Shown here: piece by piece, positions 47,093 through 62,194 of the stretch
How the letters are laid out: each line of letters begins with the position of its first letter
How positions within the stretch are numbered: the first letter of the stretch is position 1
Assembly: GCF_009914755.1 (NCBI RefSeq)
Contig: NC_060936.1
Strand: one strand, 5' to 3'
DNA: 64,000 nt
Source: the human T2T-CHM13v2.0 reference genome, Homo sapiens
The notes under the pieces: model-generated
Databases searched by the model: none
The model's input: only the letters and a program-made list of their open reading frames with translations
Told to the model about the DNA's origin: nothing
Position numbers and translations under genes: made by a program

Positions 47093-49054
47093 CTAGAGTC
47101 AAAAGAGTGAATTTCTTTTTCCCAGACCTGCCACTAGGTAACCGTATATTCTCAACAGATGACTTTCCAAAACTGACTGGTCAGATGGCTTTTTTTTTTT
47201 TTCCTGAAACAAATGGCCTATATTTGACATCATTAGGTATAAAATTTGATGTCATCGGGTATGAAATTTGGTCTCTTTTGTAAGATGTATCACTCCATTC
47301 TTGGCTTCCCTTCATTTCTTGGCCCACCAACGTATCTAATACCTGCTACTATTTGGCCCACAAATAAAGCACCTTACTAATCATTCCAGCAGATTCTCTT
47401 CATAATTTATACAGATTATTATAACCACTAAGGACAAACATGAAGATACATACACCATGGGAGAACAACTGTTTTTATCTGAGATGTGTTTATTTGATAA
47501 ATGTTCCTTTAAAGAAGACATTAATTAATACCAACTGTAGCAGTCAGATTTGACTAGGTTATAATAACAAAGATTTTATTCTCTTTCATGTTATACATCC
47601 ACTGAGCACTGACTGGAGGCTCTGCTCCAAGTCTTCAAGGATCTAGGCTGAAGGAGCTGCTACTATGGCAAGAGGATAAACAGTGGCAAAGTACTGTCTA
47701 TACAAACTCACTCAAAGTGTCCATCTGGGGTATTACACATTACTTTTGCTCAGATTTCATTGGCTAAATCAGGTCACATGGCCATGCCTAATTTCAAGTA
47801 GGTAGCAATTCCTATCATATTCCCAAGAAAAAGAATATAGCTAAACAATTTTCACAATTTCATAACATTTTGGCATTTGGAGACAAACACTATATTAATT
47901 AGCATACTATGATGTATTAAAATTCAAGAGTAAACAAAAATAAACACAATTTCTTAAAAAGATTTATACTATAAAACTCAAAGAGCAGATAAAGTTTAAA
48001 CCAAATCCCCATCAAAATTCTGAAAGACAGAAAACAAATTATCTATATCCCTTGATAAGTACATAGAAATTTCAAAGAAATATTTACTTTTTCCTCTAAA
48101 AATCCCTATAAAGTAAACCGAGACATTCAAGCTATCTATAGTCAACAAATCTCCACTATAAAGGAAATAAAGCAGGAACAGACATAGTAATTATAGATTT
48201 GTTTAATTATACTTAGGGGAAGGTAACCTACACTAAAAGGTATTAAGACAGAAATGACACAAGAGCCTATAACATGCACTATGATGGGGGAAGGGATCTG
48301 GAAGTGGGATTTATACAGGCCAAGGTGACCCCACTAAATAATGGAGAGGAAAGTATACTGCAATCAAAATATCTAGAAGTCTTGGAAACTCTCAGCATGA
48401 CCCTGTATCCAGCATACGTTTAGGTACTAATGAAGAAAGTACATTGAAGGAAACAGGGTTCACTCTACAAGCGTAATGGAGGTGGAAGGGTTGACGGGAA
48501 GAGGCCTGATCATTTGAAAGGTATCTTGATAGATGGATTTACATTCTTCCCTGGAACAGTTTTACAAGAGCTGGTAAGATATGCCAGTGAGAATGAGGCA
48601 TATTCAATCTCATTAACAACTGAACTAGAAAAACCTAATCAAGCCTCAGGTAGGTGACTTCTGGAGGGTATCACATAATCTTTGATACCAGGTTAAGATT
48701 TGGTTTAAACATCTCATTTTCTGAAGAATTTTAGATGCCAAAAATTATCAAAATAAGATCCCTCCCTTCATCAGGTAATTTTATCATGACTCACCTAGTT
48801 TATATGAATCCTGTGTTAGGAACTAAGGACAGAGAGACAAAAGACATCAGCACTGGCCTCAAGATGAGAAACACTACAGAAAAGCAGACAACAATGCAGT
48901 GTGATAATGACGTATACCCAGGCAGCTCTGGGACCACAGAAGACATCCAACAGGATACCAAGAACAGGGAAAGGCTCTGCACATTGCAGAGGCTCAGTAG
49001 CTATTAATGTGATCTCCTGGACTTTGGCTGGCAAAGGCCTAGTATTCTGACCAG

Positions 49055-49720
49055 TGTATTAGGCAGGGTTCAGTCAAGAGACAGAAACTACACCTGTAAT
49101 TTTAACAGACAATTTAATAAAAGTTGCTAACCAGGAAAATTGGAGAACTGAAAAGGCAAAAAGGAGGACAGACATGTATCACAGACATAGTAAATGCAAA
49201 AAGCAACTGTCAATACCAGAGCTGAGAGGAACAAAGGGAAGTCGTAGGAACTATGAAAACTCAGAGGCTTGAAGGAGAAACCCTATGAAACTGGGATCCA
49301 GACCTCCGAAAAGAAAACTACGTGTCAAGAGCTTGGAGCGGGGAACTCTGCAAAGCTGGAACCCAGATTTTTCAGAGGGAGGAAATGGCTAGTTGATGCT
49401 GGCATCTCTGAGGGGATGTGATGAAGATGGTTTTATGAGTGTGGAAAAACTGCAAACTGGAACCATTTGCCACTCCTTTTCCTACCAGGGTGAAGCTTTG
49501 TTGCTGTGGAGACATGAACAGGAAGAAGAAGCAAACAAAAAGGAGAAAAGTCCTTTGTCCCTCCTCTTTTACTTTCCTATCTCCATTGGTACCATCTATT
49601 GGCAAAATCTAACAGGAAACTAGTTACAAAAGAGAAATATAGTCTGTAGGATCTCAGCTCCAACCTCGCAAAGCAGTTTCAATGGGTAAGTCTGAAGCTG
49701 AAGGAAAATAGCTTAATACC
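49055..49720. mobile_element. Old LTR (ERVL/MaLR-like), family uncertain
   Basis: Starts tgtattaggcagggttcagtcaagagacagaaac. Confidence 0.45.
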
Positions 49721-50430
49721 TGTATGATTTTATTTCTCCATTTTAAATATTTAAGGTAATATTTTGCAAATATTTAGAGTTACAAAATCTAGTTAAACTA
49801 GGCTGTTTGAGTTTTCTCATGACTTATGAGGAAATTAAATAATCAATACCAAAATAACGGTATCTATTTTAATACACCAAACTTTGAAAGAATGACCCTT
49901 CTGTCCTCTATAATAAAGGCAATATACAAATCTTACAAAACGGAATCAAGACCTTAAGAATTGGGGGAAAAAAATTTTTCCCACATCCATGCATACCTAG
50001 ATGGAAAATTGGCATTTATGTGAAAACTTGAAACTCTCACTTATTCAAAAATCATCAGAAGAGAAGATTAATGTGGATTAGTGAAAGGACTGAATTGCTA
50101 AAATTTTAGATGAATGCTATTTCATTACTTTCAAATATAAATAGCTTTTTTCTTTAGACCAAATCTTCTTCTAGTAACTGATTTTGATATTTTTATTGCC
50201 TGAGATGTACTTAGTCTTTCTCTGTAATAGTTGACTTTTTATTAATATTTATCTTGAAACAAACAGGCCACATTTCACCAAATCTATAGAATATAGCATT
50301 ACTGAATAAACGAAAGAAAAAATGCTGGAAATTAAACTATGACTTCATGTGTCCTTTCATGGACTTTTTAAAACTTAGTCAAATAACTAATAAGATGATA
50401 AGAACATAAGATAGTTACAGCACACTTTGA

Positions 50431-50728
50431 TTTTTTTTTTCTTTTTTTGAGACAGAGTATCACTGTCACTCAGGCTGGAGTGCAGTGGCCCCACATCGGC
50501 TCACTGCAACCTCTGCCTCCTGGGTTCAAGTAATTCTCCTGCCTCAGCCTCCTGAGTAGCTGGTATTACAGGCACACACCACCATGCCTGGCTAATTTTT
50601 CTATTTTTAGTAGAGACGGAGTTTTACCACATTGGCCAGGCTGGTCTCAAACTCCTGGCCTCAACTGACATGCCCGCCTCAGCCTCCCAAAAAGCTAGGA
50701 TTACAGGTATGAGCCACCATGCCCAGCC
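50431..50728 (-). mobile_element. AluS-like
   Basis: TSD cactttgattttt. Confidence 0.92.
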
Positions 50729-51378
50729 TCCACTTTGATTTTTATAAAATCTTGGTTTTGAAAATAACTATATTAGAGGATTCTCTAATATCCTATCTGT
50801 AAAACTTCATCTGTAAATCACCCAACAGTAAATATTTTAGGCTTTGTGGGCTATATACAGTCTCTGCTAAATACTTTTAAGCAACCTTCAAAAATGTAAA
50901 GCAATTCTTAGCTCTAGAGATGTATCTTTGGCCCTTGGCTCTAACCACATACAATTTTTTTATTTTGGAAAGCAAGCAGTCCAAATGTAGCCCACAGCAA
51001 TGATGGTATTAATGAGAGGACACCAAACATCAAAGCAGTTTTGGTCTTGGAGGAATGTATTTCACCTATCATTCTGCTGGTGGAGTTAGGGGGATGGAGG
51101 GTTCAATACTGACTAAAATGATTTCTACACCATAAATCAGATGTTCTAGATGTGTCTTCTCAGCATCCAAGGTACAGTGATGAAAGAAGAAAGACCTCAC
51201 ACATTTATCAAGAATTCATGAGCTCTTTGACCTTAAAAAAATACTTGAAGGGACAAAGATAATTACAGAAATGACTCACAGATATACACTCTATATATCT
51301 AATCAAAGTTCATACCACTTCCAGTTACGAAAGTAAGAAAACAAGTCATCAATTAGCATTTTAAAATTAGAACCCCCT

Positions 51379-51678
<300 letters not shown>

Positions 51679-51773
51679 TTAGAGCCCCCTGTGCAGGGGT
51701 TCCACAGAACTCTAGTATTCTATGAAGTGCTACTTTTTCAAGAGATTGTGACTTTAAAAAATAAATATTGTTG

Positions 51774-52070
51774 GGCCAGGTGTGGTGGCTCATGCCTGTA
51801 ATCCCAGCACTTTGGGAGGTCAAGGCGGGCAGATCATGAGGTCAGGAGATCAAGACCATCCTAGCTAACACAGTGAAAGCCTGTCTGTACTAAAAAAAAT
51901 ACAAAAAATTAGCTGGGTATGGTGGCATGTGCCTGTAGTCCCAGCTACTCTAGAGGCTGAGGCAGGAGAACTGCCTGAACCTGGGAGGTGGAGGTTGCTG
52001 CGAGCTGAGACATGCCACTGCACTCCAGCATGGGCGACAGAACGAGACTCTGTCTCAAAACAAACAAACA
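51774..52070 (+). mobile_element. AluS/Y-like
   Basis: Full Alu, (AAAC)n tail. Confidence 0.92.
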
Positions 52071-52149
52071 CATAAATACTGTTTTTTGAACTTTACACAT
52101 CTCAAAATGCTAGAGGTTCACAGTGCGAGAAGGCAACCAAGTAGCCCCA

Positions 52150-52720
52150 TTAGCAACTTCTGTCTTTCAGTCCCTTACAGCATAATCCTCTTTAGAATTT
52201 CACATAAACTGGATCACATAAGGATATGTACTCTTATACACGTAACTTCTTTACTTGGCATAAGAATTCTGAGATTAATCTATGTTGTTCTGTGTATCAG
52301 TGGTTTCTTTATTTTTATTGCCTAAGAGTATTCCACCACTATATGGATATGACACATTCTCATTTGCTTGTTAACAAACATTGGGTTGTTTTCAGTTTTT
52401 CAATACTGTAATTAAATTTGCTATGAACATTCTTGTATAATCATTTTATGGACAAATGTCTTCCTTTCTGTTGGGTAAAATACCTGAGTAAAACTGCTGA
52501 GTCACATGGCAGATGTATGTTTAACTTTCTAAAGAATTCCTGGTTTTCCAAAATGGCCACACCATTTTGTATTCCCACCAGCAATGTGTTCCAGCAATCC
52601 AGATCTTCAAAAACACAGGTATTACCTTTTAAATTTTAGCCACTCTGATGAACAGTATATCACCATAATTCTAATTTGCATATTCCTGGTGACTAATGTC
52701 GCCAATCATCTTTTCATGTC
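52150..52720 (-). mobile_element. L1M 3' fragment
   Basis: attcccaccagcaatgtg...aatttgcatattcctg. Confidence 0.7.
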
Positions 52721-53967
52721 CTTCCCCCTATCCATTTCATTGAGGACTCCAATCATACTTATGTTCAATCATTTGGCTGTGTTCTGTTTGGTTTTTGGCT
52801 GCTCTGTTCTTTTCCCATCGTTTTCTCCTTTGTGCTTTAAATATATCCTCCTTACAACAACCACTCTCAGCTGAGTACCATCAAGAAATACGGCACATAC
52901 TACAGGAAATCACTTCCATAGGCTTGCTCTTTACTTGAGTCCCTAAAAACAGAAAATATTTTTCTCTATGTTTCACAAATGAACTTCAACAATTTCCTTG
53001 AAAACAAAATTACTGGGCTGGGAATTTGGTCCTACCTTTAGTTTCATCAAGCACCATGGAAAAGCAATAAAGTATATTCAAGGACTCAGGAAGACCTCAC
53101 AAATATGAGACAGGATCAAGGTATATAAAAAAGGTGCAGAACTTGGCAAAAGCATTACTTGGTTACCAGGAAATTTTCAGACACTGAAGTTTTGTCTGTT
53201 TATATATATCACAAATAGGTTTGCCAATCTAATAATTTCTGAATGTCTATACATTATATTAATATTTTCTGTACATTTATCCATAAAAATTAAAGAGTTT
53301 TAAATTGTCCTTAAATATATATTCAATGTTAAATAAAAATAAAATTGCTTTTTTCTCAAAGATGAGATATTTGATAATGGTACATTATCTTCCCTATGCC
53401 AATCATTAAAATAATTATTCCACAAAGTTGATAATTCATTCATCAATTTAAAAATAACATGAATAACATCACTATATACCTAGCTTTATGGAGTTTACAG
53501 AGTCTTTACATCCATCATTTTATTTGACTCTTAAAACAATTCTATGAAGTAAAAAAGATAAATTTACCATTCCTATTATATAAAGGAGAAAACAAAAGCT
53601 CAAAACTTAAGACTCACCCAAGAGTCACTATTTAGTAAACCCTGATAAGACAAAATGCAAATCCTGTGTGTTCCTTCACTAACCTCACACAAATAAGCTG
53701 GCTGATGTGTAGATTATGAGGGAAACACAAAATGCCTTTCCTTTCAATTTTTGTGAAATTAAGCAATATTCTTGAATAGTCAGAACCCTCTTGATAATCT
53801 TTTTCAAAAGAAAAACTACACCTAAAAGCAATTTTAGCAATATCAAATTATATGAAAGTTAACAAATTTCACTTACTATGCTACCAAAATGTGTTTGACA
53901 AATTATTTCCTAATGAGGTCAACTTATCTGATTTTTCTCTTACGTATTTTTAAACTAGGTTTATAGA

Positions 53968-54094
53968 AGCTGGGCATGGTGCCATGCACCTATCATCCCA
54001 GCTACTTGGGGGGCTGAGGTGGGGAGACTGTTTGAGCCTAGGAGTTCAAGACCAGCTGGACAGCATAGCAAGACCCTGTCTCAATTAAAAAAAA
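53968..54094 (+). mobile_element. FLAM-like Alu monomer
   Basis: Single monomer; TSD aaactaggtttata. Confidence 0.85.
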
Positions 54095-55270
54095 GTTTTT
54101 ATTTTTAAAAACTAGGTTTATATGAGCAGATAATACTATAAATAGTACTTCTACAGGAGACCTATAAGCATTCCTCCTTCCTCCTTTGGTAGGCCTGTGA
54201 ATCTCTCTCCTTTGGCAGAATCAAAAGACAAATTCCAGACTCAATTCCACAATTAGTAAGGAAAATTTTTCTACTGCTGGTTACATTTCAACACTTCTGA
54301 GAAGAGATTTCAGACACCGGGAAGGCCAAAAAGCCTCTAGCAAATACCTTCCATTGCTATCCACCTTTCCTAGACTGGCCATGTATTTTTAAATGATATC
54401 AAGTTATTTAAAATTATTAACAAACTCTTTTTGAGAACAGTACTGGCAAGTGTTAGACATTCCACCAGAGAACTAGGCTACATCCATTTATTGTATGAAC
54501 ACAGATGTTACCCTTCCTACACAGCAGGCCATTTTAGTCACTTCTTTTGTAAGCAGTATGACCCAGTCCCTCATATAAGGGAAAGTAAAATATCCATCTG
54601 AAAACCACTCTTAGTTCTAGGTATAATAAATCACAGCCGCTATCATATATCTCATACATTAGTATATCTAGTGTATCACAGTATCTAGGACAAACAGACA
54701 TCAAGTAAAAATTATCTCTGAAAAACAAGTGAAATTATAAGCAGCTTAAACAGCACTGTCCCAAATTTTTTAAAAAATCAGTTCGTAGTACCTCATGCTT
54801 GTTTAAATTGTTTGACTAAGGCTAACACCCACAGTTTGATCCTTTTTTATAAATCAGTCAGATTTTCAACCAGTGACATAATATACCCATAACTCTGGAC
54901 AATCAGAGGTAGTAAATATTAATATGTTATCAGTGGTCTTATAAGGATTTAACCAAGATTATAGATAGCTCAATACCATCAATTATCAGGAAGGTACACA
55001 AACATATGTGACTTCTCCTAAATATCTGGATCTTTTTCTCTTTTTTCTGAGTAGAAAGATATCAACTACACAAGTCAGTAAAATTTTAATAGTTATAAAA
55101 CACCTACGCATATTTTAACCTCCTTATTTCCTTTTCTTTCCTCATTTCATGACATTTCTAACTAAAGACCTTTGCTCTTACTTATTTCACTGTAACTCAG
55201 TATGTCCTCCAAGTCAAGCACGGAGACTTCTAGCAAAGTAGTAGTTCCCTTTCTTATTAAGAAATCTTAT

Positions 55271-55602
<332 letters not shown>

Positions 55603-55940
55603 TCAAGTCTGAGGTTAATTTCTTCAATTACTATTTAGTGCTCACATTCTGAGCATTAGAATTTGTTACTAACAGTCGAAATAAGAAAATGTGAATTATA
55701 CTTAATGAACTAGAGCAGATTCAGAACTATTATTTAATATTACTCTCAGTTATGAATGGGAGAAAAGAGTACAATTACAACTTAAGAAGTGAGAACTGCT
55801 CACAATTCTCAGTCCCTCTTATCAATCCAGTAACTTACAGTGTTCCATATGTGAGATTACCTATCCTGGCATGTGAGTCACAGCAGAAGCAAAGTTGAAA
55901 TCTCTAGAAAATAAACTTCAGTAAAACTTTTATATTAATG

Positions 55941-56077
55941 AGCTGGGCACAGTGGCTCATTCCTATAATCCCAGCACTTTGGGAGGCCAAAGCAGGAGGA
56001 TCACTTGAGCCCAGAGTTCAAGACCAGCCTGGACAACACAGCAAGTCCTCATCTCTACTTAAAAAAAAAAAAAAAAA
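55941..56077 (+). mobile_element. FLAM_C-like monomer
   Basis: Left monomer directly followed by poly(A). Confidence 0.85.
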
Positions 56078-57012
56078 TCCCTTATAGTGACTGGTAGGGA
56101 TATTCAGAGAATAATGGGAGGCCTAAATTTACCAAAAGAAAGCATGCATTTAAAAACGTATACATCAAAAAACACTGGTCTGCCATATAACACAGGTAAG
56201 AAATGTCACACTGCAGTATGATATTTCAAGAAAAGGGTGAGTTTACGAACAGTCCAAGTCTATTTCATCTAGGCTGCATCTATATGAATGGCCTAGGAAA
56301 AGTTCAATAGGAAAAAAAAAAGAGTGTGTGGAAGGGAAGGAATTATTTCTCTATTCAACACAGAACAGTAGATTAAGACTAATGTTCCTTGTATTCCAAG
56401 GGAAAACTGGAAGATGGTATTCTGAATCTACCTAAGTTATAAAGAAAATCAGGAGATCACAATCTTTAGATGTGGCTATATCTTCCCATGTATTTTTGTG
56501 GCTAGATGTTAGGAAGTGACTGAACTGTTCCCTCTTGTTCCCTCTTTCAAAGGTAGGAAATGAGAGGTTATCCTGAGGTCAGGAGCTTCTAATGTGGCTC
56601 TTGATTTAAATTGTGTGAACTTGCTCTACTCCAGGATGAAAGCAATCATGACCAGATCAATGTGCTCTGCAGCTGGCCAGTCAGCTGCTCCAGAAGAGGC
56701 AGCCAGCAAAAGAGCTCTGGAGCCCTCTCTGGGCACCGTGCCTCCTAAAATTTGAGCACAGGCCAATCTTGTTGCCCCTCATTCTTAGACGGCATTTTCA
56801 GTTCCCTAATAAGTAAAATAAATCTAAGTAGGAAATATCCTCCTTTTAATATTCCAATTGTTGAAGTGTTCCACATTTTCGTCTAATATTCACTAGAAAA
56901 TGAAGTATTTTGACACTTTGATATGAAACCATAATACTGGCTCCAGAGTCTGCCTTAGAAGCATCAGCTGATTCCTTGGAAGAGGAAATTTAGAAAGAAG
57001 CTACTCTAAGAC

Positions 57013-57035
57013 GGGGGGGGGGGGGGGGGGGGGGG
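57013..57035 (+). repeat. G23 homopolymer
   Basis: Direct count. Confidence 0.95.
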
Positions 57036-57706
57036 CACAATGAATAAGGCTGGAAAGGAGCACAACAGAGTCCCAAACCCTAGGTAACTACAAAGTCTTC
57101 TTTAAAGAAACAGTTTGAATATAAAATGTCATGATAGTTGCTGGAAGCTACAAGTGGTACTATGAAATTGCTGTATTATTCCAATTTTACTACAAAATCC
57201 ATGTTAAAGTTTGAAAAAGGGCTTCAGTCCCACTACTGACTTTCAAGTTAGAATTCAAAAAGTAGGCCTGTGATAGGTGTATTCACTAAAAAACAAGAAT
57301 CTGGTGAATCAACTAACTCAGGACCAGTCCACTAATCAAATTGGTAATTCAAACAATCACAAAAAAGAAAAAAAAAGTATATATCTATATACATATCTTT
57401 ACAATTATGTACCTTAAACATGTTAACTTAAAACACTCAAATGCACTGATTTTTTGCTGTGAGATGAAGGCCTGTATTCATGAAAGGAATTCTTTACATA
57501 AACCAACACAGTCTCTACCATTTCTGGTTGATTTCTTTAAAAGTAAAGAAAAAACTTGACAACACTAAGAAAAAGGAAAAAAACAAATTAAGTATTTCTT
57601 ATAAATGAAAATTGTGTTGAGCAATCTATCAGCCCATCCAGTTATTAATAATGTCATAGATACATCTCATGTATATGTGGTGAGGATTTCTTTTTAAAAA
57701 AATGTT

Positions 57707-58118
57707 GGCTGGGCACAGTGGCTCATGCCTATAATCCCAGCACTCTGGGAAGCCAAGGTGAGCAGATCACTTGAGGTCTAAAGTTTGAGACTAGCCTGGA
57801 CAACACGGAGAAACCTGGTCTCTACTAAAAACACAAAAATTATCCAGGCGTGATGGTGCATGCCTGTAGTCCTAGCTACACTTGGTGGCTGAGGCATGAG
57901 AATCGTTTGAACCCGGGAGGTGGAGGTTGCAGTGAGCCAAGATGGGGCCACTGGGCTCCAGCCTGGGCGAGACTCTGTCTCAAAAATAAATAAATAAATA
58001 AATAAAATAGGTCTGGCGCGGTGGCTCACGCCTGTAATCCCAGCACTTTGAGAGGCTGAGGTGGGCGGATCACGAGGTCAGGAGTTCAAGACCAGCCTGA
58101 CCAATATGGTGAAACTCC
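57707..58118 (+). mobile_element. Full Alu followed by a 3'-truncated Alu left arm (58010-58118)
   Basis: Second copy stops at gtgaaactcc with no tail. Confidence 0.9.
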
Positions 58119-58745
58119 TTAACTGTTTCTTTAGTTTAAGCACAAGATTATGAACACCCCAGGGAAGGATATTTTGCTATTTTTGTTTTAAAATCCCCAT
58201 TTATTTGTGAAGGAACTGGCTCTAAGAAGCCGCGAGTGTAAGAGCTGGACAGAAGGAAAGAACGGAGGGCATTTTAAAAATAAAAAAAGTCACTGCAGAG
58301 TAACAAGGAAGACACAAATCTTATCAGGTGTTTAGGATATTCTGCAAATTTAACCAAAATGTATGTGAGAAAATTGGAACATGTGTCAGGCAATGTTTTC
58401 TTCCAAAACTCCTACTAACAGCAAGATTTGATTAGCAACTGTATATTGCTTTAATTTATTTGGTTCACACCGAAGTCTTATGAGTTGGTATTACTCTACC
58501 CATTTTACAAAAGAGGAAACATTCCAAAATGTGAATACATTTTCCTGAAATGATACAGCTAGCAAGCCTTGCCTTTTCCAATCAAAGCCTATGGCTCCAA
58601 CTATTTATAGTAGAAGTTACCTGCGAGTAACTTCCACAATGGAATTTAATGAGTTACTACAGCTTGACAGAAACAGCCTGTAAGAATATGCAATTCAGAG
58701 CAAGATCAAAAGTAGGATAAGCAACCCACTTCATTTTGCTCTAAA

Positions 58746-59162
58746 GCAGAGATTCTCCAAGTATGTGTGGTCTGGGGAACCTTTATGGGAGCATCCTGAG
58801 GTAAAAACTATTTTTATAAAATACTAAGTTATTTGCCTTTTTTACACTTCTCTCACCGGTGTACAATGGAGTTTTCCAGAGACTACACTGAATATTGTAA
58901 TAAACTAAAAGGCAAAAGCAGATGTGTGAATCCGGCTGTTTTCTATTTAGCTTGAAATTAAAGAGACTTGCAAATATGTAAAACAATGCTATTCTCATAT
59001 TTTTGAAAATAGTTTTTTTAAGATTTGTTAACTTCGTAATGTTTGTTATTTTTAAGTAAATTACAATTTTTTGTAACCTAAGGTTTCTGTTTTCGTATCG
59101 TTTCTGAAACGTTTAAGAGTATAAACAGGTCCTGAGACCAAAAAGGTTGAAAACTCACTACC
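58746..59162. mobile_element. hAT-Charlie derivative
   Basis: aatggagttttccagagactaca...ggtcctgagaccaaaaaggttga. Confidence 0.6.
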
Positions 59163-59722
59163 CTAAAGCTATTCTCAACCAACCCTCAGATCTGAAATCA
59201 GATCTTCTAAATTGGTTTACTTACCAGGATCAAGTGGGCTATGTAAATAAAAACTTCCTGGGTTTCATCGTATTATAAACTCCTTAAGGAAAGAAACATA
59301 TTTTTAAAATCTTTGTGTCCCTCCCTGCCCCCACTGCATCACTCATATCCCCCCCTTAAAACACTGTTGTATCAAGCCAGATTATTTCTCATTGTGTATT
59401 TCTAAATTAACATTATACTTTATCCTCTAATTAGCATAAGAGATTCTACAATACCAGATTATCTCAAAATGAACTGAAGAGGAATGTCACAGAACAAAGC
59501 TGAAAAGATCAGACTTCACCACATGGTGACATATCATGACCCACTGACGTAAAGATATCCCGTGAAGCCCAGCTAATTGTTCACCCTTTAACCACCTCCT
59601 AACTCCAACAATAAAAAATTAAAACAGCATTTTAAGGGGCATCATTTTAATAGGAAGAACTAAATATATATTTAAATATTTAAAAGGCCACATTTGACAG
59701 CTACTGTAAGAATGAAATTTCA

Positions 59723-59963
59723 GCAGGGCACAGTGGCTCAAGCCTGTAATCCCAACACTTTGGGAGGCTGAGGTGGGCGGATCACCTGAGGTCAGGAGTT
59801 GGAGGCCAGCCTGACCAACATAATCTCAGCTACTCAGGAGGCTGAGGCAGCAGAATCACTTGAACCCAGGGGGCGGAGACTGTGGTGAGCCGAGATCAGG
59901 CCATTGCACTCCAGCCTAGGCAACAAGAGTGAAACTCCATCTCAAAAAAAATAAAAAGAAAAA
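59723..59963 (+). mobile_element. AluS-like lacking its central linker
   Basis: ctgaccaaca|taatctcagc; TSD aagaatgaaatttca. Confidence 0.9.
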
Positions 59964-60187
59964 GAATGAAATTTCATTTCCCTTCAAAAATAACTGAATT
60001 ATTACATGACATATTTTTCAATCATGATCAAATAGTATTATGTATTGCCTCTTATGTTTTTAAACTGCAAATCTCACAAAATCACCTACTTTCTAAATAT
60101 TCATGTAGGTTTCATTAAGAATGTTCTTAGCATACTTGGCACAAGGTAAATATGAATTTGCTTATCATGTTAAAAAGAGGGGGGACG

Positions 60188-60209
60188 GAGAGAGAGAGAC
60201 AGTGTGTGA

Positions 60210-60240
<31 letters not shown>

Positions 60241-60241
60241 T
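60188..60241. repeat. (GA)n/(GT)n compound microsatellite
   Basis: Direct. Confidence 0.92.
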
Positions 60242-61512
60242 ACAACTTTCTAGTCTTTCTCTCCAAGAGGCATCTGAACTGGACAAATGCTATTTTGTCA
60301 TTCTGTAATTTATGACAATAATAGTTATAACATCTTTTAAAAACTAACACTATTAAAGCCTTTATAAGACAAATTCTACTAAGTAGTGGCCAACTTTCCA
60401 TGGCAACAGTAGAAGACTTGGCAACATATTAAAAATGCCAGCATTCTTCAATCTTCTGGTAAAGGTTTTCTTTGGGGGAAGAAGAGCTGTGAAGGAAAAA
60501 AATCTCCCTCTTATATGGCCAGTTAATTTCAAAGATATTGAAAAGGCCTCAAAATAGAGTCTTCCTAGGGCCGAATCAATTGATCTCAAAACTATAAAAC
60601 TACCATTATCTTCAGAAAAGCTTTTTTTGTGATTTGGTGAGGGGTGGGAGGCACTCTAATCCTCCATCACATTACTTGCTAAGTGGAAAATTAGAAATTG
60701 TTCACATACCAATCCTAACAGGAAGGGAGCATAACAATGAGCCAATTTCCAAGCATACTCTATCATCTTTATAAGATCTAAGGTAAAGGCCAAATTGTAG
60801 ATTTTCACCAAAACAGTAAGAAAAGGTGTACCTGAATAATCAACTGAAAAAAAATACTCCACAGCCACTTTTTTTCAGAGGTTTTCATTTTTATTTGCAG
60901 AACTCTCTATTCTTCTAATTTTACTTATTTAGGAAACCTCAGTATATTATAAATAGAAAAAATAAAGAAATTAACACAAAGTGAAGAAAAAGAGGGTAAA
61001 ATATGCATATACATTACAAATGATAGCCTTTAAAAAATGTTGAAAGATTTCCTATGAGGATATAGAAAAGCATTTTAAAACAGTAATATTTGAATTAACC
61101 AGAATTCTGACAAACAGAATATTGTTTGGGCTATCTGAATTTTCCATTAGGTGAATTAAATGGATTCTAGTTAACCAAAGGATGGCTTTATGAGCCTAGA
61201 TTCTCTCTTTGCTTCATTATTGCTTACTACCTATTCAGTCTTCTCAAAAGCTTAGAGGTTAACACATCACTACATTTAATTAACACCTACAGTGAAATGT
61301 TAATTATGGTACACACAACTTTGGCACTAGTGATAAAGAGTTTATAGCACATAGGAAGTTCACTTTCTTTAAGAGAAACTGAGAATAAGTCCTAGGGTAA
61401 GCCTAACCTAGGTTCAAATCCTGATTCCTTCATTTAAACACTAGAGAGACAGTGAGAAGTATGACACTGAGAAAACTGCATTTAGTTTTCTCTTCAGAGA
61501 AGGCAATTAACA

Positions 61513-61826
61513 GGCTAGCTGCGGTGGCTCCCAAAGTGCCTGTAATCCCAGCACTTTGGGAGGCCTAGGCAGGCGGATAACCTGAGGTCAAGAGTTGGAT
61601 ATCAGCCTGGCCAACATGGCGAAACCCCGTCTCTACTAAAAATACAAAAAATTAGCCGGGCGTGGTGGCAGGCACCTGTAATTGCAGCTACTAGGGAGGC
61701 TGAGGCAGGGGAATCACTTTGAACCTGGGAGGCAGAGGTTGCAGTGAGCCGAGATTGCGCCATTGCACCCCAGCCTAAGTGACAAGAGCAAAACTCCATC
61801 TCAGAAGAAAAGAGAGAGAGAGAAAA
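61513..61826 (+). mobile_element. AluS-like
   Basis: Full Alu; TSD aattaaca. Confidence 0.92.
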
Positions 61827-61847
61827 GAATTAACAATTACCTCAATG

Positions 61848-62194
<347 letters not shown>

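Noticed and set aside
59215-59230. Strong minus-strand donor CTG|GTAAGT as a cryptic exon end
   Set aside because: No convincing paired acceptor or ORF identified; such motifs occur by chance in 40 kb
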